From Spirochaetaceae bacterium (GTDB taxonomy: Bacteria > Spirochaetota > Spirochaetia > DSM-27196 > SKKC01): a DNA stretch of 64,000 nucleotides. Shown piece after piece: positions 17,306 through 27,311 of the stretch. The DNA lies in NCBI GenBank assembly GCA_007128315.1, contig SKXQ01000056.1:74-64073 (forward strand), in the 5' to 3' direction. Within the stretch, counting starts at the first letter, position 1; every line of letters starts with the position of its first letter. The notes beneath the pieces were generated by a model. The model had not been told where the DNA came from and did not search any database. It worked only from the letters and a program-made list of their open reading frames with translations. Made by a program: the position numbers and the translations under genes.

Positions 17306-17668
17306 ATGAGTCTGTTTCATCTGCAGCTGCGCAAATCGGTGCTCGCAGTCCCCGGGGTTCTCCTGTTGTTTGCCTGTGCGACCACTGAGCCGGATGTTGA
17401 GCCCATGCCGGACACGGGTTTCGGGTATCAGTACCATGACTACGAGCTGAGTGAGATACGGCACGAGCCCGAACTGCCGGACGTACAACCGTTAGACCGT
17501 TTACGCCCCGGTATGACCCGGGCGGAGGTTCGCGAGATGTTTGGCCCCCCTACGGTCATCGCGCCTTCAACGGTACGAGACGAGCGCTGGGACTACCCCT
17601 TCGGCGAGCTCTATTTTCGCGCGGGTCGTCTGCACATATGGTTTAACCTTGAAGGAGGGGGTCGATGA
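17306..17668 (+). CDS. BamE/SmpA-OmlA-like outer-membrane lipoprotein
   Basis: Lipobox LLLFAC. RLRPGMTRAEVREMFGPPT resembles the SmpA_OmlA core. Start taken at the ATG 17306. The longer ORF from 17084 overlaps the divergent MutS-like gene. Confidence 0.55.
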   Translation: MSLFHLQLRKSVLAVPGVLLLFACATTEPDVEPMPDTGFGYQYHDYELSEIRHEPELPDVQPLDRLRPGMTRAEVREMFGPPTVIAPSTVRDERWDYPFGELYFRAGRLHIWFNLEGGGR

Positions 17669-18888
17669 GTTCGCCACACCACGCCACGATTCCGGTTTAT
17701 TACGAGGACGCGTACGCGCGCGATTTCGAAGCGACGGTGCTGGACGTCGAGTCCGATCACATCATTCTTGACCGGACCTGCTTCTATCCGGAAGGCGGTG
17801 GCCAGCCTGGCGATCGCGGAACCGTCGGAGATGTCCGCATCATCGACACGCGCAAGGGTGACGCGGGCGTCATTCTTCATCGCGTTGACCCGGATCAGCC
17901 GCACGACATCCAGGCCGGCCAGACCGTTTCCTGCAGCATCGACTGGGACTGGCGCTTCGACTTCATGCAGCAGCACACCGGCCAGCACGTGTTAAGCGCG
18001 AGTTTTCTTCGGATTGCCGATATGCAGAGCGTCAGCGTACACCAGGGCCTTGAATACACAACCATAGAGCTCGATGGAGAAGAGCTGTCTGCCGACGCGC
18101 TCGTCGCGGTCGAGAACGAAGCAAACCGTGTTATCAACGAAAACCTTCCGGTACAGGCATACGAGGTGGATGAGGCAGAGGTTGGTCGCCTTGATCTGCG
18201 CCGGGCTCCGAAGGTGTCGGGCCGTATACGCATCGTCGAAATACCGGAAACTGATCGCGTGGCCTGCGGAGGCGTTCACACCAGACGTACCGGAGAAGTG
18301 GGACTGCTGCGGCTGTGTGCGGTCGAACGGATCCGCGGTAACGTGCGTTACGCCTGGTTTATCGGTCGCAGGGCGCACGAACATCACCGTTTTGCTCATA
18401 ACGAGCTCTCAGCGCTTTCGACGCTGCTGTCGGTTCCCGCAGCCGAGGTGCGGCTCCGGGTTCAGGAGCTCGACGCAAAACTCAAGGACGCAGAGCGTCA
18501 GATCGCCGGTCTGCTCGGCGATGTCGCCCGGTCGCGTGCCGACGCGCTTGCGCGTGCTGCCGAAGACACAGAGGGCGCTCCGCGAACCGTGATTGAGGAT
18601 CTCGGCGAAGTCGACTCGGCATATCTGCGTACCGTTGCGGAAGTTCTTGCGGCTCAACCTCGAATGCTGGCCGTGCTCATGGCGCGCCAGTCCGGCAGGG
18701 CCATGTGGGCCGTTTCCCACGGCGAGGGTCTGTCTGTCGACCCGCAGACGCTGCGTTCGCAGGCGTTTCCCGTCGCCGCCGCGAAAGGAGGGGGAAAACC
18801 GCCGCTCTGGCAGGGAGCCATGGAACGCCCCGAAGCCTTTGGTGATTTCGCCCGTGCAGTGTGCGTGTGCGCAGGCCTGAGCCCGTAA
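17665..18888 (+). CDS. alaX: Alanyl-tRNA editing protein AlaX-L (tRNA synthetase SAD plus DHHA1-like C-terminus)
   Basis: FYPEGGGQPGDRG, zinc/editing motifs HTGQHVLS and CGGVH, and C-terminal GGGKPPLWQG (DHHA1-like). ATGA overlap with the upstream gene. Confidence 0.8.
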   Translation: MSSPHHATIPVYYEDAYARDFEATVLDVESDHIILDRTCFYPEGGGQPGDRGTVGDVRIIDTRKGDAGVILHRVDPDQPHDIQAGQTVSCSIDWDWRFDFMQQHTGQHVLSASFLRIADMQSVSVHQGLEYTTIELDGEELSADALVAVENEANRVINENLPVQAYEVDEAEVGRLDLRRAPKVSGRIRIVEIPETDRVACGGVHTRRTGEVGLLRLCAVERIRGNVRYAWFIGRRAHEHHRFAHNELSALSTLLSVPAAEVRLRVQELDAKLKDAERQIAGLLGDVARSRADALARAAEDTEGAPRTVIEDLGEVDSAYLRTVAEVLAAQPRMLAVLMARQSGRAMWAVSHGEGLSVDPQTLRSQAFPVAAAKGGGKPPLWQGAMERPEAFGDFARAVCVCAGLSP

Positions 18889-18890
18889 AA

Positions 18891-20813
18891 TTACCGGCCG
18901 GTAACTTTTATGACGAGCAGCGTCTGATCATCGTGCTGTTCAGCCTGCCCGACAAACGCGTCGACTGACTCCCGTACCCGGTCTCTGATCGTGCCTGCGG
19001 GTTGTCGGCGGGTTTCTCGTATTGCTGCAGTGAGGCGTTCGCTGGAGTATTGCGCTTCCGAACTGTTCATGGCCTCAACAATTCCGTCGGTAAAGAACAC
19101 CAGGACATCACCTTCGTGCAGCTCTGTGGCAACCGAATCATATTGCATTTCCGGTTCTATGCCGATCGGAATACCCGGTGTGTCGAGTTCTTCAATGGCG
19201 TCGGATCCGTAGCGGTAGATCATCACCGGGTGATGGGCAGCGTTACTGTACTCCATACGCCCGGTACGCCGGTTAATGGTGCAGTAGCTCATGGTTGCGA
19301 AGTGATCTACGTCCAGCTGTCCGGAAACGCCCTGGTTCACGAGTGTCAGGGTTTCATTGGCACTGCGATCCGGCCGCGCAACCAGTTTCAGTATGCTGTG
19401 TATCATGACCATCACAAGCGATGCCGGGATGCCTTTACCTGCCACATCGCAGATGGCACACCCGAGCAGGTCTTCCGAAAGCCACCGGAAACTGTAGTAG
19501 TCTCCGCTCACGCCCCGGGCCGGGCGGCTGAGCACCGAAACATCCAGGCCGGTATTACTCGTGTCGACGGTTCCGACGAGGTCGCTCTGAATCTCAGCCG
19601 CGATCTCGACCTCGCGCTCGATTCTGCGCTTATCCATTGCTTCGAGGTATCGGGCGAAGTTCTCGATCGTATTTGAGGCCTGAGCCGCAAAGGTCTGTGC
19701 GTGCGCGAAATCGTCCTGACCGAAGTTCTGCTGCTCTTCCGTGCGAATGAGGCTGATAACGCCGGTGACCGAGTCATCGACGACCAGCGGGACCGCCATG
19801 AAGCTTGTAATCATGTACTGTTCGGTTCCTGGGTTGCGTATCATGCGCTCGTCATCGCGCGCGTCGGGAATAAAGATGGCCTGTCGCGAGCGCACACAGT
19901 CGCCGAGGATATTTGCCTTCAGGGGAACAGGTTGCGACTCCACGAAGGCGTGAAAGGCCTCGGACCGGTGCCGGACCGCTTCCGGTACAGGGACGGGCGG
20001 CGGATAGAATCCGATCATGCTCCGGATAACCAGATGGGACATGGACTTGTCCATCATGAGAAGCAAGCCGCCGTCGGCACCGATGGTCCTGACCGCGTGA
20101 TCTGTGACCATGTCAAGCAGCTGATCGATATCGACACGGTTTGCGATTCCTTCGCCGAGGCCTTTCAGGAACCCGAACAGGTTACGGTTCTGACGATGAA
20201 GGGAGGCAATCGTCACCTCGTTCATCAGGTGAAATATCTGAAACTCTGTCAGCAGTATCAGCCATATCGCGAAATAGAAGATAATAATCGCAGCCTGATG
20301 CAGAGGTGTGCCCCGGTAGCCGGTAAGAGTCCCGAGTGACATGAGCACCGCGAGTCCGCCGATGATGTACCAGCGGCTGTCTTCGACGATCTCCGCCCCC
20401 GGTGTATTATGCACCGTCGTATCGAGCAGCCCCCGGGTCAGGTAGGTGAACAGACAGAGATTCACGAGCAGAAAGACCCAGTTGGTGCTGAAACCGGGTA
20501 ACAGGACGGCGGCAGCCACCAGCGGCGCGCTCGACACAGCGGCTGCAAGATATCCGAGGTCGCTTCGCCTGAACCCGCTGTACCGTCGCAGCCAGACCAG
20601 AAGTCCGGTTACAAGCGCAACGTCTCCAAAAAACAGGATAAACGGGTGTCCGGCCAGAGCGAAGGCCGCATCACGAATCATGGCCACGAGCAGGAATCGT
20701 CGCAGTGTACTGAGTTCCCGTACCTCCAGACGCGCCTTGATCGCCAGCAGAAACAGAAGCGACATAAGAAGTACGAGTATGTTCGGCCAGAAGTAGTTCC
20801 AGTTCATCGCCAA
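18891..20813 (-). CDS. Membrane-anchored GAF-domain SpoIIE/PP2C-type serine phosphatase
   Basis: ~200-aa polytopic N-terminus, a central GAF-like segment, and a C-terminal PP2C/SpoIIE part (VSGDYYSF...CDVAGKG...FTDGIVEA...DDQTLLVIKV). Confidence 0.85.
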   Translation of the reverse strand: MAMNWNYFWPNILVLLMSLLFLLAIKARLEVRELSTLRRFLLVAMIRDAAFALAGHPFILFFGDVALVTGLLVWLRRYSGFRRSDLGYLAAAVSSAPLVAAAVLLPGFSTNWVFLLVNLCLFTYLTRGLLDTTVHNTPGAEIVEDSRWYIIGGLAVLMSLGTLTGYRGTPLHQAAIIIFYFAIWLILLTEFQIFHLMNEVTIASLHRQNRNLFGFLKGLGEGIANRVDIDQLLDMVTDHAVRTIGADGGLLLMMDKSMSHLVIRSMIGFYPPPVPVPEAVRHRSEAFHAFVESQPVPLKANILGDCVRSRQAIFIPDARDDERMIRNPGTEQYMITSFMAVPLVVDDSVTGVISLIRTEEQQNFGQDDFAHAQTFAAQASNTIENFARYLEAMDKRRIEREVEIAAEIQSDLVGTVDTSNTGLDVSVLSRPARGVSGDYYSFRWLSEDLLGCAICDVAGKGIPASLVMVMIHSILKLVARPDRSANETLTLVNQGVSGQLDVDHFATMSYCTINRRTGRMEYSNAAHHPVMIYRYGSDAIEELDTPGIPIGIEPEMQYDSVATELHEGDVLVFFTDGIVEAMNSSEAQYSSERLTAAIRETRRQPAGTIRDRVRESVDAFVGQAEQHDDQTLLVIKVTGR

Positions 20814-20917
20814 TATCTATAATACCGTTTCTTTTATAGTTTTCCATGGGAGCTCGAAGCCTTCGTGGCTACATTTCCCTGAACAGACACCGGCCATGCG
20901 TGCTACACTCAGGCCCT

Positions 20918-21856
20918 ATGGATTACCGACAGTTAGGCAGATCTGGTGTTCGCGTGTCGTCGCTGTGTCTCGGGTGCTGGCGCTTCGGCGAAGCAACGGA
21001 TGAGTCCGTCGCGATCAGACTCGTGCACGAAGCGGTGGATGCGGGTATCAACTTCATCGATACCTCCAACATGTATCAGCTTGGGGAATCCGAACGGATC
21101 GTCGGGAAAGCACTGACACCCGACCTTCGACGGAAAGTCGTCCTCGCGTCCAAGGTACACTTTCCCATGGGCAGCGGCACGAACGAGTACGGGAACTCAA
21201 GACGCCACATCATGCAGCAGGTCGAGGCCTCGCTCACCCGTCTCGGAACTGATCATCTGGACCTGTACTATCTTCACCGGCCCGATCCGACAACACCACC
21301 GGAGGAAGAGCTCCGAGCCCTTGAAGATCTTATTCGTCAGGGAAAAATTCTGTATGCCGGATCCTCGCATTATCCGGGATGGCAGATGTGTCGCAGCATG
21401 TGGGTCGCCGACGCGAAAAACCTGTACGGGTTCGTGGTCGAACAGGCAGGGTTCAGCCTGATGAGGAACGCTGCGGAAGCCGAGGTTCTGCCGTGCGCGG
21501 AAGCGCTGGGCATAGGTATCGTCGCTCACAGCCCGCTAGCACAGGGTGTGCTGACCGGTAAGTACCACGCCGGCGAGGTCCCCGCCGACGCACGGGGTGT
21601 GACCCGCGACCCTGAGGTAGCGCGCAAGGCGAAGATTGCGACGCCTGTCGTTGAACGTCTGCTGCAGGTCTCCGGGGAGCTCGACCGTTCGCCCGGGCAG
21701 GTCGCCATACGCTGGGTTCTGCAGACGCCGGCAGTGTGTTCTACCGTCATCGGCCCGCGAACCGTCGAGCAGCTGCACTCGAATCTCGGAGCCGTCGGTT
21801 GGGAACTGGACGCTGAGCACATTACTGCGCTTGACGAGGTTTCAACCCAGATCTGA
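20918..21856 (+). CDS. Aldo/keto reductase
   Basis: MDYRQLGRSGVRVSSLCLGCWRFG, DTSNMY, LDLYYLHRPD and GxSHY are AKR signatures. Start at the internal ATG 20918. Confidence 0.9.
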   Translation: MDYRQLGRSGVRVSSLCLGCWRFGEATDESVAIRLVHEAVDAGINFIDTSNMYQLGESERIVGKALTPDLRRKVVLASKVHFPMGSGTNEYGNSRRHIMQQVEASLTRLGTDHLDLYYLHRPDPTTPPEEELRALEDLIRQGKILYAGSSHYPGWQMCRSMWVADAKNLYGFVVEQAGFSLMRNAAEAEVLPCAEALGIGIVAHSPLAQGVLTGKYHAGEVPADARGVTRDPEVARKAKIATPVVERLLQVSGELDRSPGQVAIRWVLQTPAVCSTVIGPRTVEQLHSNLGAVGWELDAEHITALDEVSTQI

Positions 21857-21868
21857 GCAACAGGGACT

Positions 21869-21895
21869 CGAAAAGGCCTGGTATGCGCCTTTTCG
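21869..21895 (+). terminator. Stem-loop downstream of the AKR gene (possible terminator/attenuator)
   Basis: CGAAAAGGC-ctggtatgc-GCCTTTTCG: 9-bp perfect stem with a 9-nt loop, 13 nt after the stop. There is no clean trailing U-tract, so the terminator call is tentative. Confidence 0.35.
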
Positions 21896-21963
21896 GGCCG
21901 TTTCCCGCTAAACTTATCCCCCGCCGTCTTTACAGACAGTCGCGGCAGTGGTATCACGGTTGG

Positions 21964-23289
21964 ATGTGCCAGCTACATCGCGATTTTGGTCTAAAAAGCG
22001 GTCTTACGAAAAGCAATGAAACCTCGCAGAAGCTTTACGATCGGGAACGAAACGCAAATCCGTTTCGAATCGCTGTTGTTGGGGCAGGTACCTACGGACG
22101 AACTCTTATCTCGCAAGTTGTCCGGCTGCCCGGACTGCGCCTCGTGGCGCTCTGCGATACCGACCCTGGCCTCGTGACGAGCTGCCTGCAGGAGGCGGGC
22201 GTAGACAGCAGGGACTGCCTGCATGCCGGGGACGTGTCCGAACTCGCCGGGAAAGTGATCGATCTTATCGTCGATTGCACGGGAAGTCCCGAAGCAGGTG
22301 CTCGCATTGCTGAAGTCGCCGAAAGCCTTCCTGCCCACCTGGTTATGGTGAACGCCGAGGCGGATGCCTGCGTCGGACCCGAGCTGAGTTCGCGCATCGA
22401 AGCTGTCGGAAAGGTGTACACCCTGGCCGACGGTGATCAGCCGAGCCTGATCGTTGGTCTCGCGGACTGGGCCGAGTCCATAGGCTTCACCGTTGTCAGT
22501 GCCGGGAAGTGGACAGATGCATGGGAACCGCACACGGCTGAGGACCTTCAAACACAGTGGATACGCGAAGGAAAGACGGTTTCCGACAGCGACCGAATGT
22601 TTCTCGACGGAACGAAGGCTGGCATAGAGCTTGCGAGCGCGGCGAACTGCCTCGGGTTCGCCCCCGACGGTGCCGGAATGCATGGGCCCGCTCTCGGAAT
22701 AGCCGAGATTCCGCGTCGATTTCGAGCCACGGGTGACGGCGCCATGTTTCGCGGAAACGGAGTTGTTGACTATGTGAACTGTGTCGGCGTTTCACGGGAG
22801 TCCGTACACCCAGGCGGAGTCTTCGTCGTCGCCGAATCAGATAACCGGACGGGAATGGAGGCTATGGCCCGAAAAGGAAGTCTCGTCAGCGATGATCTTC
22901 GACACGTTCTGTTCTATCGGCCGTACCACCTCCTCGGAGTCGAGACAATACAGTCCGTTACCCGGGCTCTTCTCTACGGAGTTCCGACCGCCGCCCCGCG
23001 CGGGCGGTATACCGAGGTCGTTGCCGTCGCGAAACAGGGCCTTAAGGCCGGTCAGATACTCAAGGGTGCAGGGTACGAGCTGCGCGGCGTGCTGTATGCT
23101 GCCGATGAAGCGAGGACGGCTTCGCTTCTCCCGGTCGGGCTTGCCGCCGGGGCCAGACTTTGTCGGGATGTTCCGGCGGGGACGCCACTTGCGCTCGACG
23201 CGGTCGAGCTCAAGGCTGGCAACCCGCTTCGTGTGTTACGGGCCGATCTTTCGCAACCCGGAAGACCTGTCAGGGTGGATTCACGATGA
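21964..23289 (+). CDS. NAD(P)-binding oxidoreductase with C-terminal SAF domain (COG4091-like)
   Basis: FRIAVVGAGTYGR Rossmann motif near the N-terminus. The C-terminal VVAVAKQGLKAGQIL.G is SAF-like. Start is uncertain: 21964 was chosen because 21883 lies inside the upstream hairpin. Confidence 0.65.
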   Translation: MCQLHRDFGLKSGLTKSNETSQKLYDRERNANPFRIAVVGAGTYGRTLISQVVRLPGLRLVALCDTDPGLVTSCLQEAGVDSRDCLHAGDVSELAGKVIDLIVDCTGSPEAGARIAEVAESLPAHLVMVNAEADACVGPELSSRIEAVGKVYTLADGDQPSLIVGLADWAESIGFTVVSAGKWTDAWEPHTAEDLQTQWIREGKTVSDSDRMFLDGTKAGIELASAANCLGFAPDGAGMHGPALGIAEIPRRFRATGDGAMFRGNGVVDYVNCVGVSRESVHPGGVFVVAESDNRTGMEAMARKGSLVSDDLRHVLFYRPYHLLGVETIQSVTRALLYGVPTAAPRGRYTEVVAVAKQGLKAGQILKGAGYELRGVLYAADEARTASLLPVGLAAGARLCRDVPAGTPLALDAVELKAGNPLRVLRADLSQPGRPVRVDSR

Positions 23290-25172
23290 GTCGCAGTTAC
23301 CTGTTTGACGTGGATGTTGTGCAGACGCTTCTCCCGGATCTCGTCCGGGAACATCCGGATTACCAGACCGCCCTTTTGACACGGGCCGATCACGCGGTCG
23401 GACACCGTTTCGTGCTCGCGGGTAACAATCCTGCGGGAAGTCCTCTCTACTGCGGTGCCGACATTGAATGGCACGGCTCGCCGAACGGCGACCGGGAAGG
23501 GCTTTTTACACTGAACCGGCACTCGTGGTTTTTCGATCTGGCCCGGGCGTGGTTTATGACCCGGGAGGAACGCTACCGTCAGGCTCTGCTGAGTCAATGG
23601 GTAGACTGGATTCGATCCTGTCCGGTGCCGCGCGACGGAAAGACACATTTTCATGACTTCTCACCCTGGAAGGTGTTGAACGCAGCTATACGGGTCTCGG
23701 ATTTCTGGCTTCCGGCCTACCATCTGCTTTCACACGCTGGTGAACTCGACCCGGGAACCGACGACATGATCCGCGAGAGCTTTCATGAACACGGCGCTTT
23801 GCTCGCCGAACACGTATTCGACACCACGCACAACCACACAATCAAGGAAATGGGCGGCCTGCTTGCGCTCGCGCTGTATTTTTCCGAGTTCGCTGAGTCC
23901 GAGCCATGGCGTGAGCTCGCGGTCGGGACCCTCGAGGCCTGCGCTGAGGATCAGGTGCTTTCGGACGGGGTCCACGTTGAAGCGACCCCGGCCTACCACA
24001 AGATTTCCGTCGACTGGTTTCTCCGTGCCTATGCGCAGGCCCGGGCCGCCGGAATCAGCTTTAAAGCGGAGTTTGTGAGTCGTCTTGAGTCAATGGCGGG
24101 CTTCGCCGTCGCGTCGTCGTTTCCTGACGGAACCACCGTGCCTGTCGGAGATTCGGACCGGAACGCACTTGAAAAGTGGTCCTCGGATCGCGACTACATA
24201 TCGCGTTTTGTGCAGCGGGTGCTGCCCGGTGCTGCGCTCCCGTACACCGGGGGCAGCGACCCCGACCTGCTCTGGGTCACCGGGAAGTTGCGGGAACACG
24301 CCGAAACGCGCGAAGCGGACGCAGGAGAGACCCCGACAGCGTTCCGTGACGGTGGTTTTTTCATTATGCAGGATGATGAAACCTACGCCATTGTTCGCAA
24401 CGGGCCTATGAACCACGGTCATCCGCACGCCGACCTGCTGAGTTTCCTGCTCTTCCGGGACGGTCATCTCTGGCTCACGGATACCGGCAAGTACACGTAC
24501 AATGAAACGCCACGGCGCAAGTACCTCAAGGGAACACGTGCTCACAATACGGTGGTGGTTGACTGGGAAGACCAGGCGGCGTATCGCGACCGCATGAGCT
24601 TTGTTACCGTTCCTGAGTGGAGAAACCACGTCTGGGAAGACAGGGAACGCTACGCGTTTTACGAGGGCAGCCACGAGGGATATACCCGACTTCCGAAGCC
24701 GGTTGTTCATCTGCGACAGATCCTCTTTCTGAAAGCTGCGGGCCTGCTCGTCATCGATCGGTTCTCCGGCGAAGGTGATCATCTGTTCGACCAGTTCTTT
24801 CATATGCCGGATACCGAAGGTATTTCGGTTTCGGGCGATACATGTTGCTACGCGAAGGGAAGGGAGAAGCTGTATCTCGTCTGGCCCGAGGCGCAGCAGG
24901 GAACACTCACCCGGCGCGAGGCGTGGACCTCTCCGGCCTACGGGGAGCTGGCGCCGTCGACGGTTCTGCGCTATCGTCTCGAGGCGGCGGTTCCGGCCCG
25001 GATCGTCACGTGGATCAGTTTCAGCGAGCACGCCCTGCGTTCCTGCGAAACGCAGAACGACCGTGTTCGCATCGTTGTTGACACTGCCGGTTCGCGCGAT
25101 GTTCAGGCCGGGCGTGTTGTAGCGGAAATTTCACCGGGTCGGGCGACTCTGAGAACCGAGGCGACCGGCTGA
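23286..25172 (+). CDS. Heparinase II/III-like protein (alpha/alpha toroid plus beta-sandwich), no signal peptide
   Basis: ATGA overlap with the upstream gene. NRHSWFFDLARAW (toroid region) and NHGHPHADLLSFLLFRDGHLWLTDTGKYTY (the Hepar_II_III core motif). The N-terminus MSRSYLFDVD has no export signal. Confidence 0.8.
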   Translation: MSRSYLFDVDVVQTLLPDLVREHPDYQTALLTRADHAVGHRFVLAGNNPAGSPLYCGADIEWHGSPNGDREGLFTLNRHSWFFDLARAWFMTREERYRQALLSQWVDWIRSCPVPRDGKTHFHDFSPWKVLNAAIRVSDFWLPAYHLLSHAGELDPGTDDMIRESFHEHGALLAEHVFDTTHNHTIKEMGGLLALALYFSEFAESEPWRELAVGTLEACAEDQVLSDGVHVEATPAYHKISVDWFLRAYAQARAAGISFKAEFVSRLESMAGFAVASSFPDGTTVPVGDSDRNALEKWSSDRDYISRFVQRVLPGAALPYTGGSDPDLLWVTGKLREHAETREADAGETPTAFRDGGFFIMQDDETYAIVRNGPMNHGHPHADLLSFLLFRDGHLWLTDTGKYTYNETPRRKYLKGTRAHNTVVVDWEDQAAYRDRMSFVTVPEWRNHVWEDRERYAFYEGSHEGYTRLPKPVVHLRQILFLKAAGLLVIDRFSGEGDHLFDQFFHMPDTEGISVSGDTCCYAKGREKLYLVWPEAQQGTLTRREAWTSPAYGELAPSTVLRYRLEAAVPARIVTWISFSEHALRSCETQNDRVRIVVDTAGSRDVQAGRVVAEISPGRATLRTEATG

Positions 25173-25185
25173 ACAGCTATGGAGC

Positions 25186-27267
25186 GTGATTGTGGACACA
25201 GAAAAAGAAGCGATGATTCTACCGGAAAACTTTGATCCCGAGGTCAGTATGCCGGCGACGCGTACCGAACACGGAGTGTTTCACGTGACCCGCGAAGCGG
25301 CCGGCCTTGCCCGTCGTCTCGTTGCGAACGGAAACAGTGAAGACATGAAAACAGCTGAGCGCGTCTACGAGGCGTTGCTCGCCTGCCAGGAGTCACGCCC
25401 CGGGCATCCTCACTTCGGCAATTTCACGTGGATGGCGGAGGACAGCGAGGTTGAAGATCTGAATGCGGTCGAGTTCGTCCTTTCACAGCTGATCGGGACG
25501 CTCCGCTCTGACGCAGAGAAGCTCCGGGAGCATTCTGCCGCCCTGTTCGAGCGAATTCTGCAGTCCGTACGCGATGGACTCGCAGAAGTCGCCCGCCTCG
25601 ATGTTCATCCCGGCTACACGAACATCTGTGTCCTGGACATCGTTAACACCTGCCTGGGGGCAGAGCTTCTCGGGGACGAGCAGCTCTTCCGTCGAGGCGC
25701 GAGAAAACTCGGCGTCTGGATCGGTTTTACGATACGCAGCGGCCATGTCATGGAGTTCAACAGTCCAACCTATCTGCCGATTTGCATAGAGGCACTGACG
25801 GAGCTCTCGCGTGCGGTGCAGAATTCCGAGGTGCAAGCCCTCGCGTCGGCGGCTGCGCGTCGTCTGATCGTAAGCGCAGGAGTACGGCTTCACCCGGCAA
25901 GCGGACGCTGGGCGGGTCCGCACGGACGCGGGTATGCTTCCTCGACTGCTCTCGAGGCGAGTCACCGTGAAACACAGATTGCTCGTATGATCACCGAAGG
26001 ACCACATCAGTACATCTCCGAAATCACTAAAACCTGGAATGGTGCTTTCTCAATAACCGAAACGGCTTCGATCGACCAGGGACTGCGGTTCACGAGCTAT
26101 CTGTCTGACTCGTTCAGTGTAGGGACCGCGCTGAGACCTTTTATGAGTCAGAGTAACGTCATGCTCGCCTATATCGCCGATCCTGCCGAATCCGGTCGGA
26201 CGCGAAACGTGGTCTACAGTCGCTATCTGACCAGCGATCAGTGGTACGGTGACTTCTATCACGATACCGATCGCAGCAACAGCCGTAACCTGCTCGACGA
26301 AGGTCAGTTTATCGGTCTGCAGGACGATGGAATCGTCCTCGGCGCCTACGCTCCCGGCGGACTCGAATCGGTCAGCGCGGCGGCGGCGTGCATTATCATT
26401 GCGGATGCTGATGCGGTCGATCGCATTCTCGTGAACGATGAACCGGTGACTTCGCTTCCGCTTCCGGTTGATATGTCGGCGGTCATCGGTATACAGATTG
26501 CCGACACCTGTATAGCCCTGCGATGCGCCGAGCTCACTGCACTCGGCGCCGACGCTGGCGTACGCATTCTTCGTCGCGGGGCATCGCTCGTTGTCGAGTT
26601 TCTGCAGTACCGCGGGCAGAAGAAAGCTTTCTGGGAGGCGCGCACCATGGCCGGCTTCTTCAAGGGCAAGCCAGCGGTCGCGTTTGCGCTTTCTTTCGCC
26701 GAACGAAAGGACTGCGGAACGCTGAACGAGCATATGGCCAGAATGGCGTCGCTGCACATCACCTCGGAGGCTGCTCCCCCCTGTGTGTACGATGGTACGA
26801 GTACCCGGCAATGGAACCTGAAAATAGAGGACCCTGATCGCCCGGCGTCTTCCATGGAGATGAACATTGATCTCTTCGCCTGGAAGCTGCTTGACGCCCG
26901 TCTGAATGATCATCAGCTCGGGTGGCCGATGATCGACCTTCGCAGCGGACCGGGTTCATCTCTGAGGTGTACCGAGTCGACCGATGGTTCGGCGGAGCTG
27001 GAGTCTCTCCGCGCCGTCTGGGAACAGGGAGCTGTCTGGCTGATGCAGAGTGCAGACCATTCACAGTGGGTATGCGGCTGGATTAACCCGCACGCAGTAG
27101 CAGGAACACTTTCGGTCCGGGCAGGTGAAGCCGTTTTTGTGGTCGAAAACACCATCGCCGGCTTTCTGAGGGTCCGGGGATCGACTGTGGAAGTGGATGA
27201 GGCGAGTAGCGGCGGCATCACGGTTCCGGAAGGCTACGAGCTGTGTCCGGTATCGCTGGAGGCGTAG
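25186..27267 (+). CDS. Hypothetical protein, helical N-half and beta-rich C-half (possible uncharacterised glycan-active enzyme)
   Basis: 693-aa ORF in the same operon, with coding-like composition. No motif recognised and no signal peptide. Start is ambiguous (GTG 25186 or ATG 25213). Confidence 0.6.
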   Translation: MIVDTEKEAMILPENFDPEVSMPATRTEHGVFHVTREAAGLARRLVANGNSEDMKTAERVYEALLACQESRPGHPHFGNFTWMAEDSEVEDLNAVEFVLSQLIGTLRSDAEKLREHSAALFERILQSVRDGLAEVARLDVHPGYTNICVLDIVNTCLGAELLGDEQLFRRGARKLGVWIGFTIRSGHVMEFNSPTYLPICIEALTELSRAVQNSEVQALASAAARRLIVSAGVRLHPASGRWAGPHGRGYASSTALEASHRETQIARMITEGPHQYISEITKTWNGAFSITETASIDQGLRFTSYLSDSFSVGTALRPFMSQSNVMLAYIADPAESGRTRNVVYSRYLTSDQWYGDFYHDTDRSNSRNLLDEGQFIGLQDDGIVLGAYAPGGLESVSAAAACIIIADADAVDRILVNDEPVTSLPLPVDMSAVIGIQIADTCIALRCAELTALGADAGVRILRRGASLVVEFLQYRGQKKAFWEARTMAGFFKGKPAVAFALSFAERKDCGTLNEHMARMASLHITSEAAPPCVYDGTSTRQWNLKIEDPDRPASSMEMNIDLFAWKLLDARLNDHQLGWPMIDLRSGPGSSLRCTESTDGSAELESLRAVWEQGAVWLMQSADHSQWVCGWINPHAVAGTLSVRAGEAVFVVENTIAGFLRVRGSTVEVDEASSGGITVPEGYELCPVSLEA

Positions 27268-27311
27268 CGCATGAGTCTTTCGAAAACGAAACAGAAAGGA
27301 AGGAACAAGGC

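Noticed and set aside
20816-20839. TATAAT hexamer (20818-20823) and a 6-nt inverted repeat CTATAA/TTATAG upstream of the SpoIIE phosphatase and AKR genes.
   Set aside because: There is no convincing -35 element at proper spacing and the arms are too short. This is not distinguishable from chance in an AT-rich spacer.
24090-26913. Long minus-strand ORFs 24090..25031 (313 aa) and 26050..26913 (287 aa).
   Set aside because: They are antisense to the heparinase-like gene and the 693-aa gene of a tightly coupled plus-strand operon. Their composition is Arg-rich, with no start context or motifs.
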